Positions 8,060-18,290 of a stretch of 32,195 nt of DNA are shown here, one piece after another. The DNA is from a virus (Duplodnaviria; Heunggongvirae; Uroviricota; Caudoviricetes), in IMG/VR virus record IMGVR_UViG_2563366972_000002, positions 1 through 32,195 of that record; one strand, written 5' to 3'. The notes under the pieces are model-generated. The model made no database searches. It saw only the letters and a list, made by a program, of their open reading frames with translations, and was not told the DNA's origin. Position 1 is the stretch's first letter. Each line of letters opens with the position of its first letter. The translations under genes and the position numbers were made by a program.

Positions 8060-9094
8060 TCAGCCGTTGTCAGTGTCCAGTGAGTAGTTTTTAAATCGGA
8101 TGACCTCCTGACCGAGCCAGCCGTTTATCTCGCGGATCCTGTCCTGTAACGGGATAAGCTCATTGCGGACAAAGACCTTTGCCACTTTCTCAATATCACC
8201 CAGCGACCCGACGTTCTCCGGCTTGCCGCCCATCAACTGAAAGGGGATGCGGTGCGCGTCCAGCAGGTCTGCGGCGCTGGCTTTTTTGATATTAAAAAAA
8301 TCGTCTTTCGTCGCCACTTCACTGAGCGGGATAATTTTAATGCCGTCGGCTTTCCCCTGTGGGGCATAGAGAAACAGATTTTTAAAGTTATTGCGGCCTT
8401 TCGACTTAACCATGTTTTCGCGAAGCATTTCGATATCGTTGCGGTCCTGCACGGCATCAGTGACGTACATGATGTATCCGGCATGAGCGCCGTTTTCGTA
8501 ATACTTGCGGCGGAACAGCGTGGCCGACTCATTCAGCCAGGCAGAGTTAAGGGCGCTGAGATATTCCGGCAGGCCGTACAGCTCCTGATTAATATCCGGC
8601 TCCAGCAGATGAAACACGGAGCCAGGTGCGAAGGCTGTCGGCTCGTTGAAGGAAGGCACCCACCAGTAAACATCCTCCTCCACGCCACGGCGGGTATATT
8701 TTGCCGGTGAGGTTTCCAGTCTGATGACCTTGCCGGTGGTGCTGTAACGCTTTTCCAGAAACGCATTGCCGAACACCAGAAAATCCAGCACAAAGCGGCT
8801 GAAATCCTGCTGGGACAGCCACGGGTGCGGGATAAACGTTGAAGCCAGAATATTACGTTTGACGTAAATCGGTGATCTGTGATGTACGGCAGCACGCAGG
8901 CTTTTTGCCAGACCGGTAAAGCTGACCGGTGGCTCATACCATCTGCCGTTACTGATGCACTCGACGTAATCCAGAATGTCACGGCGGTCGAGTACCGGCA
9001 CCGGCTCGCCAAAGGTGAATGCTTCCATTTTCGGGGCGCTGGCGGTCATTTTTTTTGCCGCAGGTTGCGGTGTTTTCCCTTTTTTCTTGCTCAT
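8060..9094 (-). CDS. Q: Portal protein
   Basis: 344-aa ORF, the P2 Q size, adjacent to cos and overlapping the P stop (ATGA). Confidence 0.9.
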   Translation of the reverse strand: MSKKKGKTPQPAAKKMTASAPKMEAFTFGEPVPVLDRRDILDYVECISNGRWYEPPVSFTGLAKSLRAAVHHRSPIYVKRNILASTFIPHPWLSQQDFSRFVLDFLVFGNAFLEKRYSTTGKVIRLETSPAKYTRRGVEEDVYWWVPSFNEPTAFAPGSVFHLLEPDINQELYGLPEYLSALNSAWLNESATLFRRKYYENGAHAGYIMYVTDAVQDRNDIEMLRENMVKSKGRNNFKNLFLYAPQGKADGIKIIPLSEVATKDDFFNIKKASAADLLDAHRIPFQLMGGKPENVGSLGDIEKVAKVFVRNELIPLQDRIREINGWLGQEVIRFKNYSLDTDNG

Positions 9095-10866
9095 CAGTAA
9101 AACTCCAGAATGGTGGATGTCAGTGGGGTGCTGATACCGGCGGTGAGTGGCTCATTTAACAGGGCGTGCATGGTCGCCCAGGCAAGGTCGGCGTGGCTGG
9201 CTTCCTCGCTGCGGCTGGCCTCATAGGTGGCGCTGCGTCCGCTGCTGGTCATGGTCTTGCGGATAGCCATAAACGAGCTGGTGATGTCGGTGGCGCTGAC
9301 GTCATATTCCAGACAGCCACGACGGATAACGTCTTTTGCCTTGAGCACCATTGCGGTTTTCATTTCCGGCGTGTAGCGGATATCGCGCGCGGCGGGATAG
9401 AACGAGCGCACGAGCTGGAACACGCCGACACCGAGGCCGGTGGCATCAATACCGATGTATTCGACGTTGTATTTTTCGGTGAGTTTGCGGATGGATTCCG
9501 CCTGGGTGGCAAAGTCCATGCCTTTCCACTGGTGACGCTCAAGTATTCTGAATTTGCCACCGGCCACCACCGGCGGTGCCAGTACCACGCATCCGGCGCT
9601 GTCGCCACGGTGTGACGGGTCGTAACCAATCCATACCGGGCGGGAGCCGAACGGATTTGCGGCAAACGGCGCATAGTCTTCCCATTCTTCCAGTGTGTCG
9701 ACCATGCAGCGTTGCAGCTCCTCGAACGGGAACACCGACGCCTTGTCGTCAACAAATTCACACATGAACAGGTTTTTAAAATCGTCGGCGCTGTTTTCAC
9801 GTTTGAGCTGCTCAATGTCGAACAGCGTGCAGCCACCTTTCAGGGCGTCCTCAATGGTGACAATCTGCCGCCACTGGCCGTCCGCACAGAGAAGACCTCC
9901 GGCAAGGGCGTTATGACTGACGTCGATTTCCACGCGTTCGGCGGCGCTGGCGCGTCCCCGGTTGAACAGTTCACCCGACCAGAACGGGTAGGCGTCGTGC
10001 GCCAGCGTGGACGGGGTGGAGAAATAGGTCGAGCGCAGGTGACTCTGTGAGGCCATACCAGATGCCACCTTACGCAGTACCTGAAAATTCGGGATCCAGA
10101 AAATCTCGTCGACGTACAGGTCGCCGTTATGGCTCTGTGCGGTGTTGGAGTTGGTGCCGAGAAAAATCAGTTTTGCGCCGTTATTGCCCAGGACAATCGG
10201 GTCACCGGTCAGGTCAACGTCAACCAGCCGGGCAAAGGCGATGATGTATTCACGGAACACATACGCCTGCGTTTTACTGGCCGACAGAAAAATCTGGTTA
10301 TGGCCGGTTTTCAGGGCGCGCAGCAGCGCCTCGCGGGAAAAATAAAACGTCGCGCCAATCTGGCGGGATTTCAGGATATCGCGGATGCGGTGCTCAAGCC
10401 CGGCACGATACCAGTGCAACTGATAGTCGAAAGACTGCTCAAAGAAAATCTGCTCCAGCTTTTCGATGGCCTCGTCACTGAAAAAATTCTTTTTCGGTTT
10501 GCGACGCCCGCCTTTGTTGCGGTTAGCGACGTTCGGATTAAGGTCTGCCTCGTTGCCGGTCTGGCTGTAGCGGTTGACCCGTGCCAGTCGTTCAATCTGG
10601 CGTCCCAGCAGGTCAATTTCCTTGAAGTCACCGCCGGTTTTCTGCGGTTTGATGATGAGCTGGGTCAGCCGCGCTTCCAGACTCATTTCGACACGGCTGA
10701 TGGGGGCAACGCTGTCCCAGCCGTCGCGCTGTTTCCAGCTCTGCACCGTCGGGCGTTTCATCTGCAACATGGCGGCAATCTGCGGCACGGAAAACCCCTG
10801 CCAGTACAGCAGCGCCGCCTGACGACGCGGGTCGTGTAAAAGAGTGGTGTCTGTGGTGATGGTCAT
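9094..10866 (-). CDS. P: Terminase large (ATPase) subunit
   Basis: Start chosen at ATG 10866 (MTITTDTTLL..., GAGG RBS), giving 590 aa, the P2 P length; the ORF track start at 10896 adds 10 aa. Confidence 0.9.
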   Translation of the reverse strand: MTITTDTTLLHDPRRQAALLYWQGFSVPQIAAMLQMKRPTVQSWKQRDGWDSVAPISRVEMSLEARLTQLIIKPQKTGGDFKEIDLLGRQIERLARVNRYSQTGNEADLNPNVANRNKGGRRKPKKNFFSDEAIEKLEQIFFEQSFDYQLHWYRAGLEHRIRDILKSRQIGATFYFSREALLRALKTGHNQIFLSASKTQAYVFREYIIAFARLVDVDLTGDPIVLGNNGAKLIFLGTNSNTAQSHNGDLYVDEIFWIPNFQVLRKVASGMASQSHLRSTYFSTPSTLAHDAYPFWSGELFNRGRASAAERVEIDVSHNALAGGLLCADGQWRQIVTIEDALKGGCTLFDIEQLKRENSADDFKNLFMCEFVDDKASVFPFEELQRCMVDTLEEWEDYAPFAANPFGSRPVWIGYDPSHRGDSAGCVVLAPPVVAGGKFRILERHQWKGMDFATQAESIRKLTEKYNVEYIGIDATGLGVGVFQLVRSFYPAARDIRYTPEMKTAMVLKAKDVIRRGCLEYDVSATDITSSFMAIRKTMTSSGRSATYEASRSEEASHADLAWATMHALLNEPLTAGISTPLTSTILEFY

Positions 10867-11039
10867 GAATACCTCGCCGTGATGAATACACGGCAAGGCT
10901 ACTGAGTCGCGCCCCGCGATTCGCTAAGGTGCTGTTGTGTCAGTGATAAGCCATCCGGGACTGATGGCGGAGGATGCGCATCGTCGGGAAACTGATGCCG
11001 ACATGTGACTCCTCTAATCACTATTCAGGACTCCTGACA

Positions 11040-11894
11040 ATGGCAAAAAAAGTCTCAAAATTCTTTCGTATCGGCGTTGAGGGTGACACCTGTGACGGGC
11101 GTGTCATCAGTGCGCAGGATATTCAGGAAATGGCCGAAACCTTTGACCCGCGCGTCTATGGTTGCCGCATTAACCTGGAACATCTGCGCGGCATCCTGCC
11201 TGACGGTATTTTTAAGCGTTATGGCGATGTGGTCGAACTGAAGGCCGAAAAGATTGACGATGATTCGGCGCTGAAAGGCAAATGGGCGCTGTATGCGAAA
11301 ATCACCCCGACCGATGACCTTATCGCGATGAACAAGGCTGCGCAGAAGGTCTATACCTCAATGGAAATTCAGCCGAACTTTGCCAATACCGGCAAATGTT
11401 ATCTGGTGGGTCTGGCCGTCACCGATGACCCGGCAAGCCTCGGCACGGAATACCTGGAATTCTGCCGCACGGCAAAACACAACCCCCTGAACCGCTTCAA
11501 ATTAAGCCCTGAAAACCTGATTTCAGTGGCAACGCCTTTTGAGCTGGAATTTGAAGACCTGCCTGAAACCGTGTTCACCGCCCTGACCGAAAAGGTGAAA
11601 TCCATTTTTGGCCGCAAACAGGCCAGCGATGACGCCCGTCTGAATGACGTGCATGAAGCGGTGACCGCTGTTGCTGAACATGTGCAGGAAAAACTGAGTG
11701 CCACTGAGCAGCGCCTCGCTGAGATGGAAACCGCCTTTTCCGCACTTAAGCAGGATGTAGCTGACAGGGCGGATGAAACCAGCCAGGCATTCACCCGCCT
11801 GAAAAACAGTCTCGACCACACCGAAAGTCTGACCCAGCAGCGCCGCAGCAAGGCCACCGGCGGTGGCGGTGATGCCCTGCTGACGAACTGCTGA
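11040..11894 (+). CDS. O: Capsid scaffold protein
   Basis: Start chosen at ATG 11040 (MAKKVSKFF...), giving 284 aa, the P2 O length; the ORF track start at 10974 is an upstream in-frame extension. Confidence 0.85.
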   Translation: MAKKVSKFFRIGVEGDTCDGRVISAQDIQEMAETFDPRVYGCRINLEHLRGILPDGIFKRYGDVVELKAEKIDDDSALKGKWALYAKITPTDDLIAMNKAAQKVYTSMEIQPNFANTGKCYLVGLAVTDDPASLGTEYLEFCRTAKHNPLNRFKLSPENLISVATPFELEFEDLPETVFTALTEKVKSIFGRKQASDDARLNDVHEAVTAVAEHVQEKLSATEQRLAEMETAFSALKQDVADRADETSQAFTRLKNSLDHTESLTQQRRSKATGGGGDALLTNC

Positions 11895-11952
11895 CCGGCG
11901 TCAGTCAGTCCGGGAAAACCTTCACGATTAACCCTTAATTTCAGGAAAAACT

Positions 11953-13026
11953 ATGCGCCAGGAAACCCGCTTTAAATTTAATGCTTACCTGTCCCGTGTT
12001 GCCGAACTGAACGGCATCGACGCCGGTGATGTGTCGAAAAAATTCACCGTTGAACCGTCGGTCACCCAGACCCTGATGAACACCATGCAGGAGTCCTCTG
12101 ACTTTCTGACCCGCATCAACATTGTGCCGGTCAGCGAAATGAAAGGGGAAAAAATTGGTATTGGTGTCACCGGCTCCATCGCCAGCACCACCGACACCGC
12201 CGGTGGCACCGAGCGTCAGCCGAAGGACTTCTCGAAGCTGGCGTCAAACAAGTACGAATGCGACCAGATTAACTTCGATTTTTATATCCGCTACAAAACG
12301 CTGGACCTGTGGGCGCGTTATCAGGATTTCCAGCTCCGTATCCGTAACGCCATTATCAAACGCCAGTCCCTTGATTTCATCATGGCCGGTTTTAACGGCG
12401 TGAAGCGTGCCGAAACCTCTGACCGTAGCAGCAATCCGATGCTGCAGGATGTGGCGGTCGGCTGGCTGCAGAAATACCGCAATGAAGCCCCGGCGCGCGT
12501 GATGAGCAAGGTCACTGACGAGGAAGGGCACACCACCTCTGAGGTCATCCGCGTGGGTAAGGGCGGTGATTATGCCAGCCTTGATGCACTGGTGATGGAT
12601 GCGACCAACAACCTGATTGAGCCGTGGTATCAGGAAGACCCTGACCTTGTGGTGATTGTGGGGCGTCAGCTACTGGCGGACAAGTATTTCCCCATCGTCA
12701 ACAAGGAGCAGGACAACAGCGAAATGCTGGCCGCTGACGTCATCATCAGCCAGAAACGCATCGGTAACCTGCCGGCGGTACGCGTCCCGTACTTCCCGGC
12801 AGATGCGATGCTCATCACGAAGCTGGAAAACCTGTCCATCTACTACATGGATGACAGCCATCGCCGCGTGATTGTGGAAAACCCGAAACTCGACCGCGTG
12901 GAGAACTACGAGTCAATGAACATTGATTACGTGGTGGAAGACTACGCCGCCGGTTGTCTGGTGGAAAAAATTAAGGTCGGTGACTTCTCCACACCGGCTA
13001 AAGCGACCGCAGAGCCGGGAGCGTAA
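11953..13026 (+). CDS. N: Major capsid protein
   Basis: 357 aa, the P2 N size, positioned between O and M. Confidence 0.9.
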   Translation: MRQETRFKFNAYLSRVAELNGIDAGDVSKKFTVEPSVTQTLMNTMQESSDFLTRINIVPVSEMKGEKIGIGVTGSIASTTDTAGGTERQPKDFSKLASNKYECDQINFDFYIRYKTLDLWARYQDFQLRIRNAIIKRQSLDFIMAGFNGVKRAETSDRSSNPMLQDVAVGWLQKYRNEAPARVMSKVTDEEGHTTSEVIRVGKGGDYASLDALVMDATNNLIEPWYQEDPDLVVIVGRQLLADKYFPIVNKEQDNSEMLAADVIISQKRIGNLPAVRVPYFPADAMLITKLENLSIYYMDDSHRRVIVENPKLDRVENYESMNIDYVVEDYAAGCLVEKIKVGDFSTPAKATAEPGA

Positions 13027-13029
13027 CCG

Positions 13030-13773
13030 ATGACGAGTCCCGCACAGCGCCACATGATGCGGGTCTCGGCAGCGATGACCGCGCAGCGGGAAGCCGCCCC
13101 GCTGCGACATGCAACTGTCTATGAGCAGATGCTGGTCAAGCTGGCCGCAGACCAGCGCACACTGAAAGCGATTTATTCAAAAGAGCTGAAGGCCGCAAAA
13201 AAACGCGAACTGCTGCCGTTCTGGTTGCCGTGGGTGAACGGCGTGCTGGAGCAGGGCAAAGGCGCACAGGATGACATTCTGATGACGGTCATGCTGTGGC
13301 GTCTGGATACCGGCGATATTGCCGGTGCGCTGGAGATTGCCCGTTATGCCCTGAAGTACGGTCTGACCATGCCGGGTAAACACCGCCGCACCCCGCCGTA
13401 CATGTTCACCGAGGAGGTGGCGCTCGCGGCCATGCGCGCCCACGCTGCCGGTGAGTCTGTGGATCCCCGCCTGCTGACGGACACCCTTGAACTTACCGCC
13501 ACGGCTGACATGCCTGATGAAGTGCGTGCAAAGCTGCACAAAATCACCGGTCTGTTTCTGCGTGACGCTGGTGATGCCGCCGGTGCGCTGGCGCACCTGC
13601 AACGTGCGACACAGCTCGACTGTCAGGCAGGCGTCAAAAAAGAGATTGAACGACTGGAGCGGGAGCTGAAACCGAAGCCGGAGCCGCAGCCCAAAGCGGC
13701 CACCCGCGGCCCGCGTAAGACCCGGAGCGTGACACCGGCAAAACGTGGACGCCCGAAAAAGAAAGCCAGTTAA
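13030..13773 (+). CDS. M: Terminase small (endonuclease) subunit
   Basis: 247 aa, the P2 M size, with a basic K/R-rich C-terminus. Confidence 0.85.
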   Translation: MTSPAQRHMMRVSAAMTAQREAAPLRHATVYEQMLVKLAADQRTLKAIYSKELKAAKKRELLPFWLPWVNGVLEQGKGAQDDILMTVMLWRLDTGDIAGALEIARYALKYGLTMPGKHRRTPPYMFTEEVALAAMRAHAAGESVDPRLLTDTLELTATADMPDEVRAKLHKITGLFLRDAGDAAGALAHLQRATQLDCQAGVKKEIERLERELKPKPEPQPKAATRGPRKTRSVTPAKRGRPKKKAS

Positions 13774-13872
13774 CAACCGAATGCGCCCCGCGCCAGGGCG
13801 GCACGCCGGTCAGTGAGGGTGAATCACCTGACACTGCACCGGCGTCCACCGCCCGACTTTTCAGAGGTAGTC

Positions 13873-14382
13873 ATGATGACGCTGATTATTCCGCGAAAGG
13901 AGGCTCCCGTGTCCGGTGAGGGTACGGTGGTCATCCCGCAACCGGCAGGCGACGAGCCGGTGATTAAAAACACGTTCTTTTTTCCCGATATCGACCCGAA
14001 GCGCGTCCGGGAACGTATGCGCCTTGAGCAGACCGTCGCCCCCGCCCGTCTGCGTGAGGCCATCAAGTCAGGCATGGCGGAGACAAATGCGGAGCTGTAC
14101 GAGTACCGCGAACAGAAAATTGCCGCCGGTTTTACGCGTCTGGCGGACGTCCCGGCGGACGACATCGACGGTGAAAGCATCAAAGTTTTTTACTACGAGC
14201 GCGCCGTGTGTGCGATGGCGACCGCGTCGCTTTATGAGCGTTACCGCGGCGTGGATGCCAGTGCGAAAGGTGACAAGAAGGCTGACAGCATTGACAGCAC
14301 CATTGATGAACTGTGGCGGGATATGCGCTGGGCGGTGGCGCGTATCCAGGACAAGCCGCGCTGCATCGTGAGTCAAATCTGA
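13873..14382 (+). CDS. L: Head completion/stabilisation protein
   Basis: Start chosen at ATG 13873 (MMTLIIP..., GAGG RBS), giving 169 aa, the P2 L size. Confidence 0.8.
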   Translation: MMTLIIPRKEAPVSGEGTVVIPQPAGDEPVIKNTFFFPDIDPKRVRERMRLEQTVAPARLREAIKSGMAETNAELYEYREQKIAAGFTRLADVPADDIDGESIKVFYYERAVCAMATASLYERYRGVDASAKGDKKADSIDSTIDELWRDMRWAVARIQDKPRCIVSQI

Positions 14383-14585
14383 TGAAGACCTTTGCGCTAC
14401 AGGGCGACACGCTCGACGCCATTTGTGTCCGGTATTACGGGCGCACTGAGGGCGTGGTTGAGACCGTGCTCGCCGCAAATCCGGGACTGGCTGAACTGGG
14501 TGTGGTGCTGCCACACGGCACCGCCGTCGAACTGCCCGACGTTCAGACCGCGCCCGTGGCTGAAACTGTCAATCTGTGGGAGTAA
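14382..14585 (+). CDS. X: Tail protein X
   Basis: 67-aa ORF starting MKTFALQGDTLDAI, overlapping the L stop (ATGA); the ORF track entry 14313..14585 is the same frame with an upstream extension. Confidence 0.8.
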   Translation: MKTFALQGDTLDAICVRYYGRTEGVVETVLAANPGLAELGVVLPHGTAVELPDVQTAPVAETVNLWE

Positions 14586-14588
14586 CGC

Positions 14589-14870
14589 ATGACAGCAGAA
14601 GAAAAAAGCGTCCTGTCGCTTTTCATGATTGGGGTGCTGATTGTTGTCGGCAAGGTGCTTGCCGGTGGTGAACCCATCACCCCGCGTCTGTTTATCGGGC
14701 GCATGTTGCTCGGTGGTTTTGTCTCGATGGTTGCCGGTGTTGTTCTGGTGCAGTTTCCTGACATGTCACTGCCTGCGGTGTGCGGCATTGGCTCCATGCT
14801 GGGTATCGCCGGTTATCAGGTGATTGAGATTGCCATTCAGCGCCGCTTTAAGGGCAGGGGGAAACCGTAA
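14589..14870 (+). CDS. Y: Holin
   Basis: 93 aa with hydrophobic transmembrane segments, immediately upstream of the endolysin. Confidence 0.8.
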   Translation: MTAEEKSVLSLFMIGVLIVVGKVLAGGEPITPRLFIGRMLLGGFVSMVAGVVLVQFPDMSLPAVCGIGSMLGIAGYQVIEIAIQRRFKGRGKP

Positions 14871-15367
14871 TGCCGGTAATTAACACACATCAGAATATCG
14901 CCGCCTTTCTCGACATGCTGGCCGTGTCCGAAGGGACGGCGAATCATCCGCTGACGAAAAACCGGGGCTATGACGTGATAGTCACCGGACTGGACGGGAA
15001 GCCGGAAATTTTCACCGACTACAGTGACCACCCGTTCGCGCATGGCCGACCGGCGAAGGTGTTTAACCGTCGCGGTGAAAAGTCCACGGCATCCGGTCGC
15101 TATCAGCAGCTTTACCTGTTCTGGCCGCACTACCGCAAACAGCTTGCCCTGCCGGATTTCAGTCCGTTGTCACAGGACAGGCTCGCCATTCAGTTGATCC
15201 GCGAACGCGGTGCACTGGATGACATCCGGGCGGGACGCATTGAGCGCGCTATTTCACGCTGTCGCAATATCTGGGCGTCCCTGCCGGGAGCCGGTTACGG
15301 TCAGCGTGAGCATTCACTGGAAAAACTGGTCACCGTCTGGCGTACCGCTGGCGGCGTACCGGCTTAA
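14870..15367 (+). CDS. K: Endolysin (lysozyme)
   Basis: 165 aa, the P2 K size, within the lysis cassette. Confidence 0.85.
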   Translation: MPVINTHQNIAAFLDMLAVSEGTANHPLTKNRGYDVIVTGLDGKPEIFTDYSDHPFAHGRPAKVFNRRGEKSTASGRYQQLYLFWPHYRKQLALPDFSPLSQDRLAIQLIRERGALDDIRAGRIERAISRCRNIWASLPGAGYGQREHSLEKLVTVWRTAGGVPA

Positions 15368-15381
15368 ACGGAGTAAACACC

Positions 15382-15807
15382 ATGAAGAAATTATCCCTTT
15401 CACTGATGCTGAACGTGTCGCTGGCGCTGATGCTGGCACTGTCCCTGATTTACCCGCAGAGCGTGGCCGTCAGTTTTGTCGCTGCCTGGGCGATTCTGGC
15501 GACGGTTATCTGTGTGGTTGCCGGTGGTGTCGGCGTGTATGCCACTGAGTATGTGCTGGAACGCTACGGGCGGGAGCTGCCGCCGGAATCGCTGGCCGTG
15601 AAGATTGTCACGGCGCTGTTTTTGCAGCCGGTGCCGTGGCGCAGACGGGCGGCGGCTCTGGTGGTGATGGTGGTGACGTTTATCTCGCTGGTCGCTGCCG
15701 GGTGGATTTTTACTGCGCTGATTTACCTCGTGGCGTCGCTGTTCTTCCGGCTGATACGTACGGCCTGCCGTCAGCGTTTTGAGGGGCGGGAACTATGTCA
15801 AAGCTGA
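15382..15807 (+). CDS. lysA: Lysis accessory membrane protein LysA
   Basis: 141 aa, strongly hydrophobic multi-pass membrane protein at the P2 lysA position. Confidence 0.75.
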   Translation: MKKLSLSLMLNVSLALMLALSLIYPQSVAVSFVAAWAILATVICVVAGGVGVYATEYVLERYGRELPPESLAVKIVTALFLQPVPWRRRAAALVVMVVTFISLVAAGWIFTALIYLVASLFFRLIRTACRQRFEGRELCQS

Positions 15808-16220
15808 TGATTGTGCTGGTCGTGTTGTTATCACTGGCGGTGGCCGGTCTGTTTCTGGCGAAGCATGAAAACGCCAGCCTGCGCACCTCGCTGGACAGGG
15901 CGAACAACGTCGCCAACGGGCAGCAGACGACCATCACCATGCTGAAAAATCAGCTTCATGTTGCCCTCGCCAGAGCAGACAAAAACGAGCTGGCGCAGGT
16001 GGCACTGCGTCAGGAACTGGAGAACGCGGCGAAGCGTGAAGCACAGCGCGAGAAAACCATCACGAGGTTACTGAATGAAAACGAAGATTTTCGCCGCTGG
16101 TACGGCGCTGGCCTGCCTGATGCTGTGCGCCGGTTGCACCAGCGCCCGGCCTGCACCGACGCCAGTGATTGTCGCCAACGCCTGCCCGAAAGTGAGCCTT
16201 TGCCCGATGCCGGGCAGTGA
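15795..16220 (+). CDS. lysB: i-spanin (Rz-like) LysB
   Basis: 141 aa with an N-terminal transmembrane segment followed by a charged coiled-coil-like region. Confidence 0.75.
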   Translation: MSKLMIVLVVLLSLAVAGLFLAKHENASLRTSLDRANNVANGQQTTITMLKNQLHVALARADKNELAQVALRQELENAAKREAQREKTITRLLNENEDFRRWYGAGLPDAVRRLHQRPACTDASDCRQRLPESEPLPDAGQ

Positions 16221-16365
16221 CCCGGAGACGAACGGCGATTTAAGTGCCGATATCCGACAGCTTGAGAACGCGCTGGCGCGCTGTGCCAGCCAGGTAAAAA
16301 TGATTAAACACTGTCAGGACGAAAACGATGCTCAAACCCGACAGCCTGCGCAGGGCGCTGACTGA
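16075..16365 (+). CDS. lysC: o-spanin lipoprotein (Rz1-like) LysC, starting inside lysB in another frame
   Basis: 96 aa. Signal peptide with lipobox-like LCAGC and a Pro-rich mature part; begins within lysB in the +1 frame and extends into R. Confidence 0.7.
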   Translation: MKTKIFAAGTALACLMLCAGCTSARPAPTPVIVANACPKVSLCPMPGSDPETNGDLSADIRQLENALARCASQVKMIKHCQDENDAQTRQPAQGAD

Positions 16366-16795
16366 TGCCGTCACGGTGCTGAAAACAAGCCCCGAGATGC
16401 TGCGGATATTCGTGGATAACGGGAGTATTGCCTCCACACTGGCGACGTCGCTGTCATTCGAAAAGCGTTACACGCTCAATGTCATTGTGACCGACTTTAC
16501 CGGTGATTTTGACCTGCTCATCGTGCCGGTGCTGGCGTGGCTGCGGGAAAATCAGCCCGACATCATGACCACCGACGAAGGCCAGAAAAAGGGCTTCACG
16601 TTTTATGCGGACATCAACAATGACAGCAGCTTTGATATCAGTATCAGCCTGATGCTGACCGAGCGCACGCTGGTCAGTGAGGTTGACGGCGCGCTGCATG
16701 TGAAGAATATCCCGGAACCCACGCCGCCGGAGCCCGTCACCCGCCCGATGGAGCTTTATATCAATGGCGAACTGGTGAGCAAGTGGGATGAATGA
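16328..16795 (+). CDS. R: Tail completion protein R
   Basis: 155 aa at the P2 R position. Confidence 0.8.
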   Translation: MLKPDSLRRALTDAVTVLKTSPEMLRIFVDNGSIASTLATSLSFEKRYTLNVIVTDFTGDFDLLIVPVLAWLRENQPDIMTTDEGQKKGFTFYADINNDSSFDISISLMLTERTLVSEVDGALHVKNIPEPTPPEPVTRPMELYINGELVSKWDE

Positions 16796-17240
16796 GTTTA
16801 AGCGTTTTGAAGACCGGCTGACCGGACTTATTGAATCGCTGTCACCGTCAGGGCGTCGGCGACTGAGTGCCGAACTGGCGAAACGTCTGCGGCAGAGTCA
16901 GCAGCGTCGGGTGATGGCACAGAAAGCCCCGGACGGCACCCCCTACGTGCCACGCCAGCAGCAGAGCGCCAGAAAAAAGACCGGTCGCGTTAAGCGAAAA
17001 ATGTTTGCGAAACTTATCACCAGTCGTTTTTTGCATATCCGCGCCAGCCCGGAACAGGCATCAATGGAGTTTTACGGCGGGAAGTCACCGAAAATCGCCA
17101 GTGTGCATCAGTTCGGTCTGTCGGAAGAAAACCGGAAAGACGGTAAGAAAATTGATTATCCGGCGCGTCCCCTGCTCGGCTTTACCGGTGAGGATGTGCA
17201 GATGATTGAAGAGATTATCCTGGCTCACCTCGACCGTTAG
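16788..17240 (+). CDS. S: Tail completion protein S
   Basis: 150 aa at the P2 S position. Confidence 0.8.
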   Translation: MNEFKRFEDRLTGLIESLSPSGRRRLSAELAKRLRQSQQRRVMAQKAPDGTPYVPRQQQSARKKTGRVKRKMFAKLITSRFLHIRASPEQASMEFYGGKSPKIASVHQFGLSEENRKDGKKIDYPARPLLGFTGEDVQMIEEIILAHLDR

Positions 17241-17306
17241 TTGTGCCATTCCCGACACCTCATCGTCACATTGCCGCCGGTATGACCCGGCGGCATCCTT
17301 CCCGTT

Positions 17307-17942
17307 ATGAACACTCTCGCAAATATCCAGGAACTCGCGCGCGCACTGCGCAACATGATTCGCACCGGCCTTGTCGTCGAAACCAACCTTAAAGCCGGTC
17401 GCTGCCGTGTGCAGACCGGTGGCATGTGCACCGACTGGCTTCAGTGGCTGACCTGTCGTGCCGGTCGTTCGCGCACATGGTGGGCACCTTCCGTGGGGGA
17501 ACAGGTGCTGATTCTGGCCGTGGGCGGTGAACTCGACACGGCGTTCGTTCTGCCGGGGATTTATTCCGGCGATAACCCTCCGCCGTCTGCGTCGGCGGAT
17601 GCCCTGCATATCCGTTTCCCTGACGGGGCGGTGATTGAGTATGAACCTGAAACCAGTGCACTGACGGTAAGCGGAATTAAAACGGCCAGCGTGACGGCTT
17701 CTGATTCTGTTACTGCCACGGTGCCGGTGGTCACGGTGAAAGCATCAACCCGCGTTACCCTGGACACACCGGAGGTGGTCTGCACCAACAGGCTGATTAC
17801 CGGCACGCTGGAAGTGCAGAAGGGCGGGACGATGCGCGGCAACATTGAACATACCGGCGGTGAACTTTCATCAAACGGGAAGGTACTGCATACCCATAAA
17901 CACCCCGGCGACAGCGGCGGCACAACCGGGAGTCCTTTATGA
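17307..17942 (+). CDS. V: Baseplate spike/assembly protein V
   Basis: 211 aa at the P2 V position. Confidence 0.85.
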   Translation: MNTLANIQELARALRNMIRTGLVVETNLKAGRCRVQTGGMCTDWLQWLTCRAGRSRTWWAPSVGEQVLILAVGGELDTAFVLPGIYSGDNPPPSASADALHIRFPDGAVIEYEPETSALTVSGIKTASVTASDSVTATVPVVTVKASTRVTLDTPEVVCTNRLITGTLEVQKGGTMRGNIEHTGGELSSNGKVLHTHKHPGDSGGTTGSPL

Positions 17943-18286
17943 CAGCGCGTTATCTCGGAATGAATCGCAGTGATGGCCTGACTGCCACTGACCTTGAGCA
18001 TATCAGCCAGAGTATCGGCGATATCCTGCGTACGCCGGTCGGCTCGCGGGTGATGCGTCGTGATTACGGCTCGTTGCTGGCATCAATGATTGACCAGCCG
18101 CAGACCCCGGCGCTTGAGTTGCAGATTAAGGTTGCCTGTTACATGGCCGTGCTGAAATGGGAACCCCGCGTCACCCTGGCATCCGTCACCACGGCGCGCA
18201 GCTTTGACGGTCGAATGACAGTTACGTTAACCGGCCAGCATAACGACACCGGCCAGCCACTTTCGTTAACCATCCCTGTGAGTTGA
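17939..18286 (+). CDS. W: Baseplate wedge protein W (gp25-like)
   Basis: 115 aa, overlapping the V stop. Confidence 0.85.
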   Translation: MTARYLGMNRSDGLTATDLEHISQSIGDILRTPVGSRVMRRDYGSLLASMIDQPQTPALELQIKVACYMAVLKWEPRVTLASVTTARSFDGRMTVTLTGQHNDTGQPLSLTIPVS

Positions 18287-18290
18287 AACC

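Noticed and set aside
8233-10839. Multiple ORFs of 60-236 aa on the opposite strand or in other frames within Q and P (for example 8533..9012, 9360..9836, 10129..10839)
   Set aside because: Shadow ORFs inside well-supported, length-conserved structural genes, typical of moderately GC-rich coding sequence.
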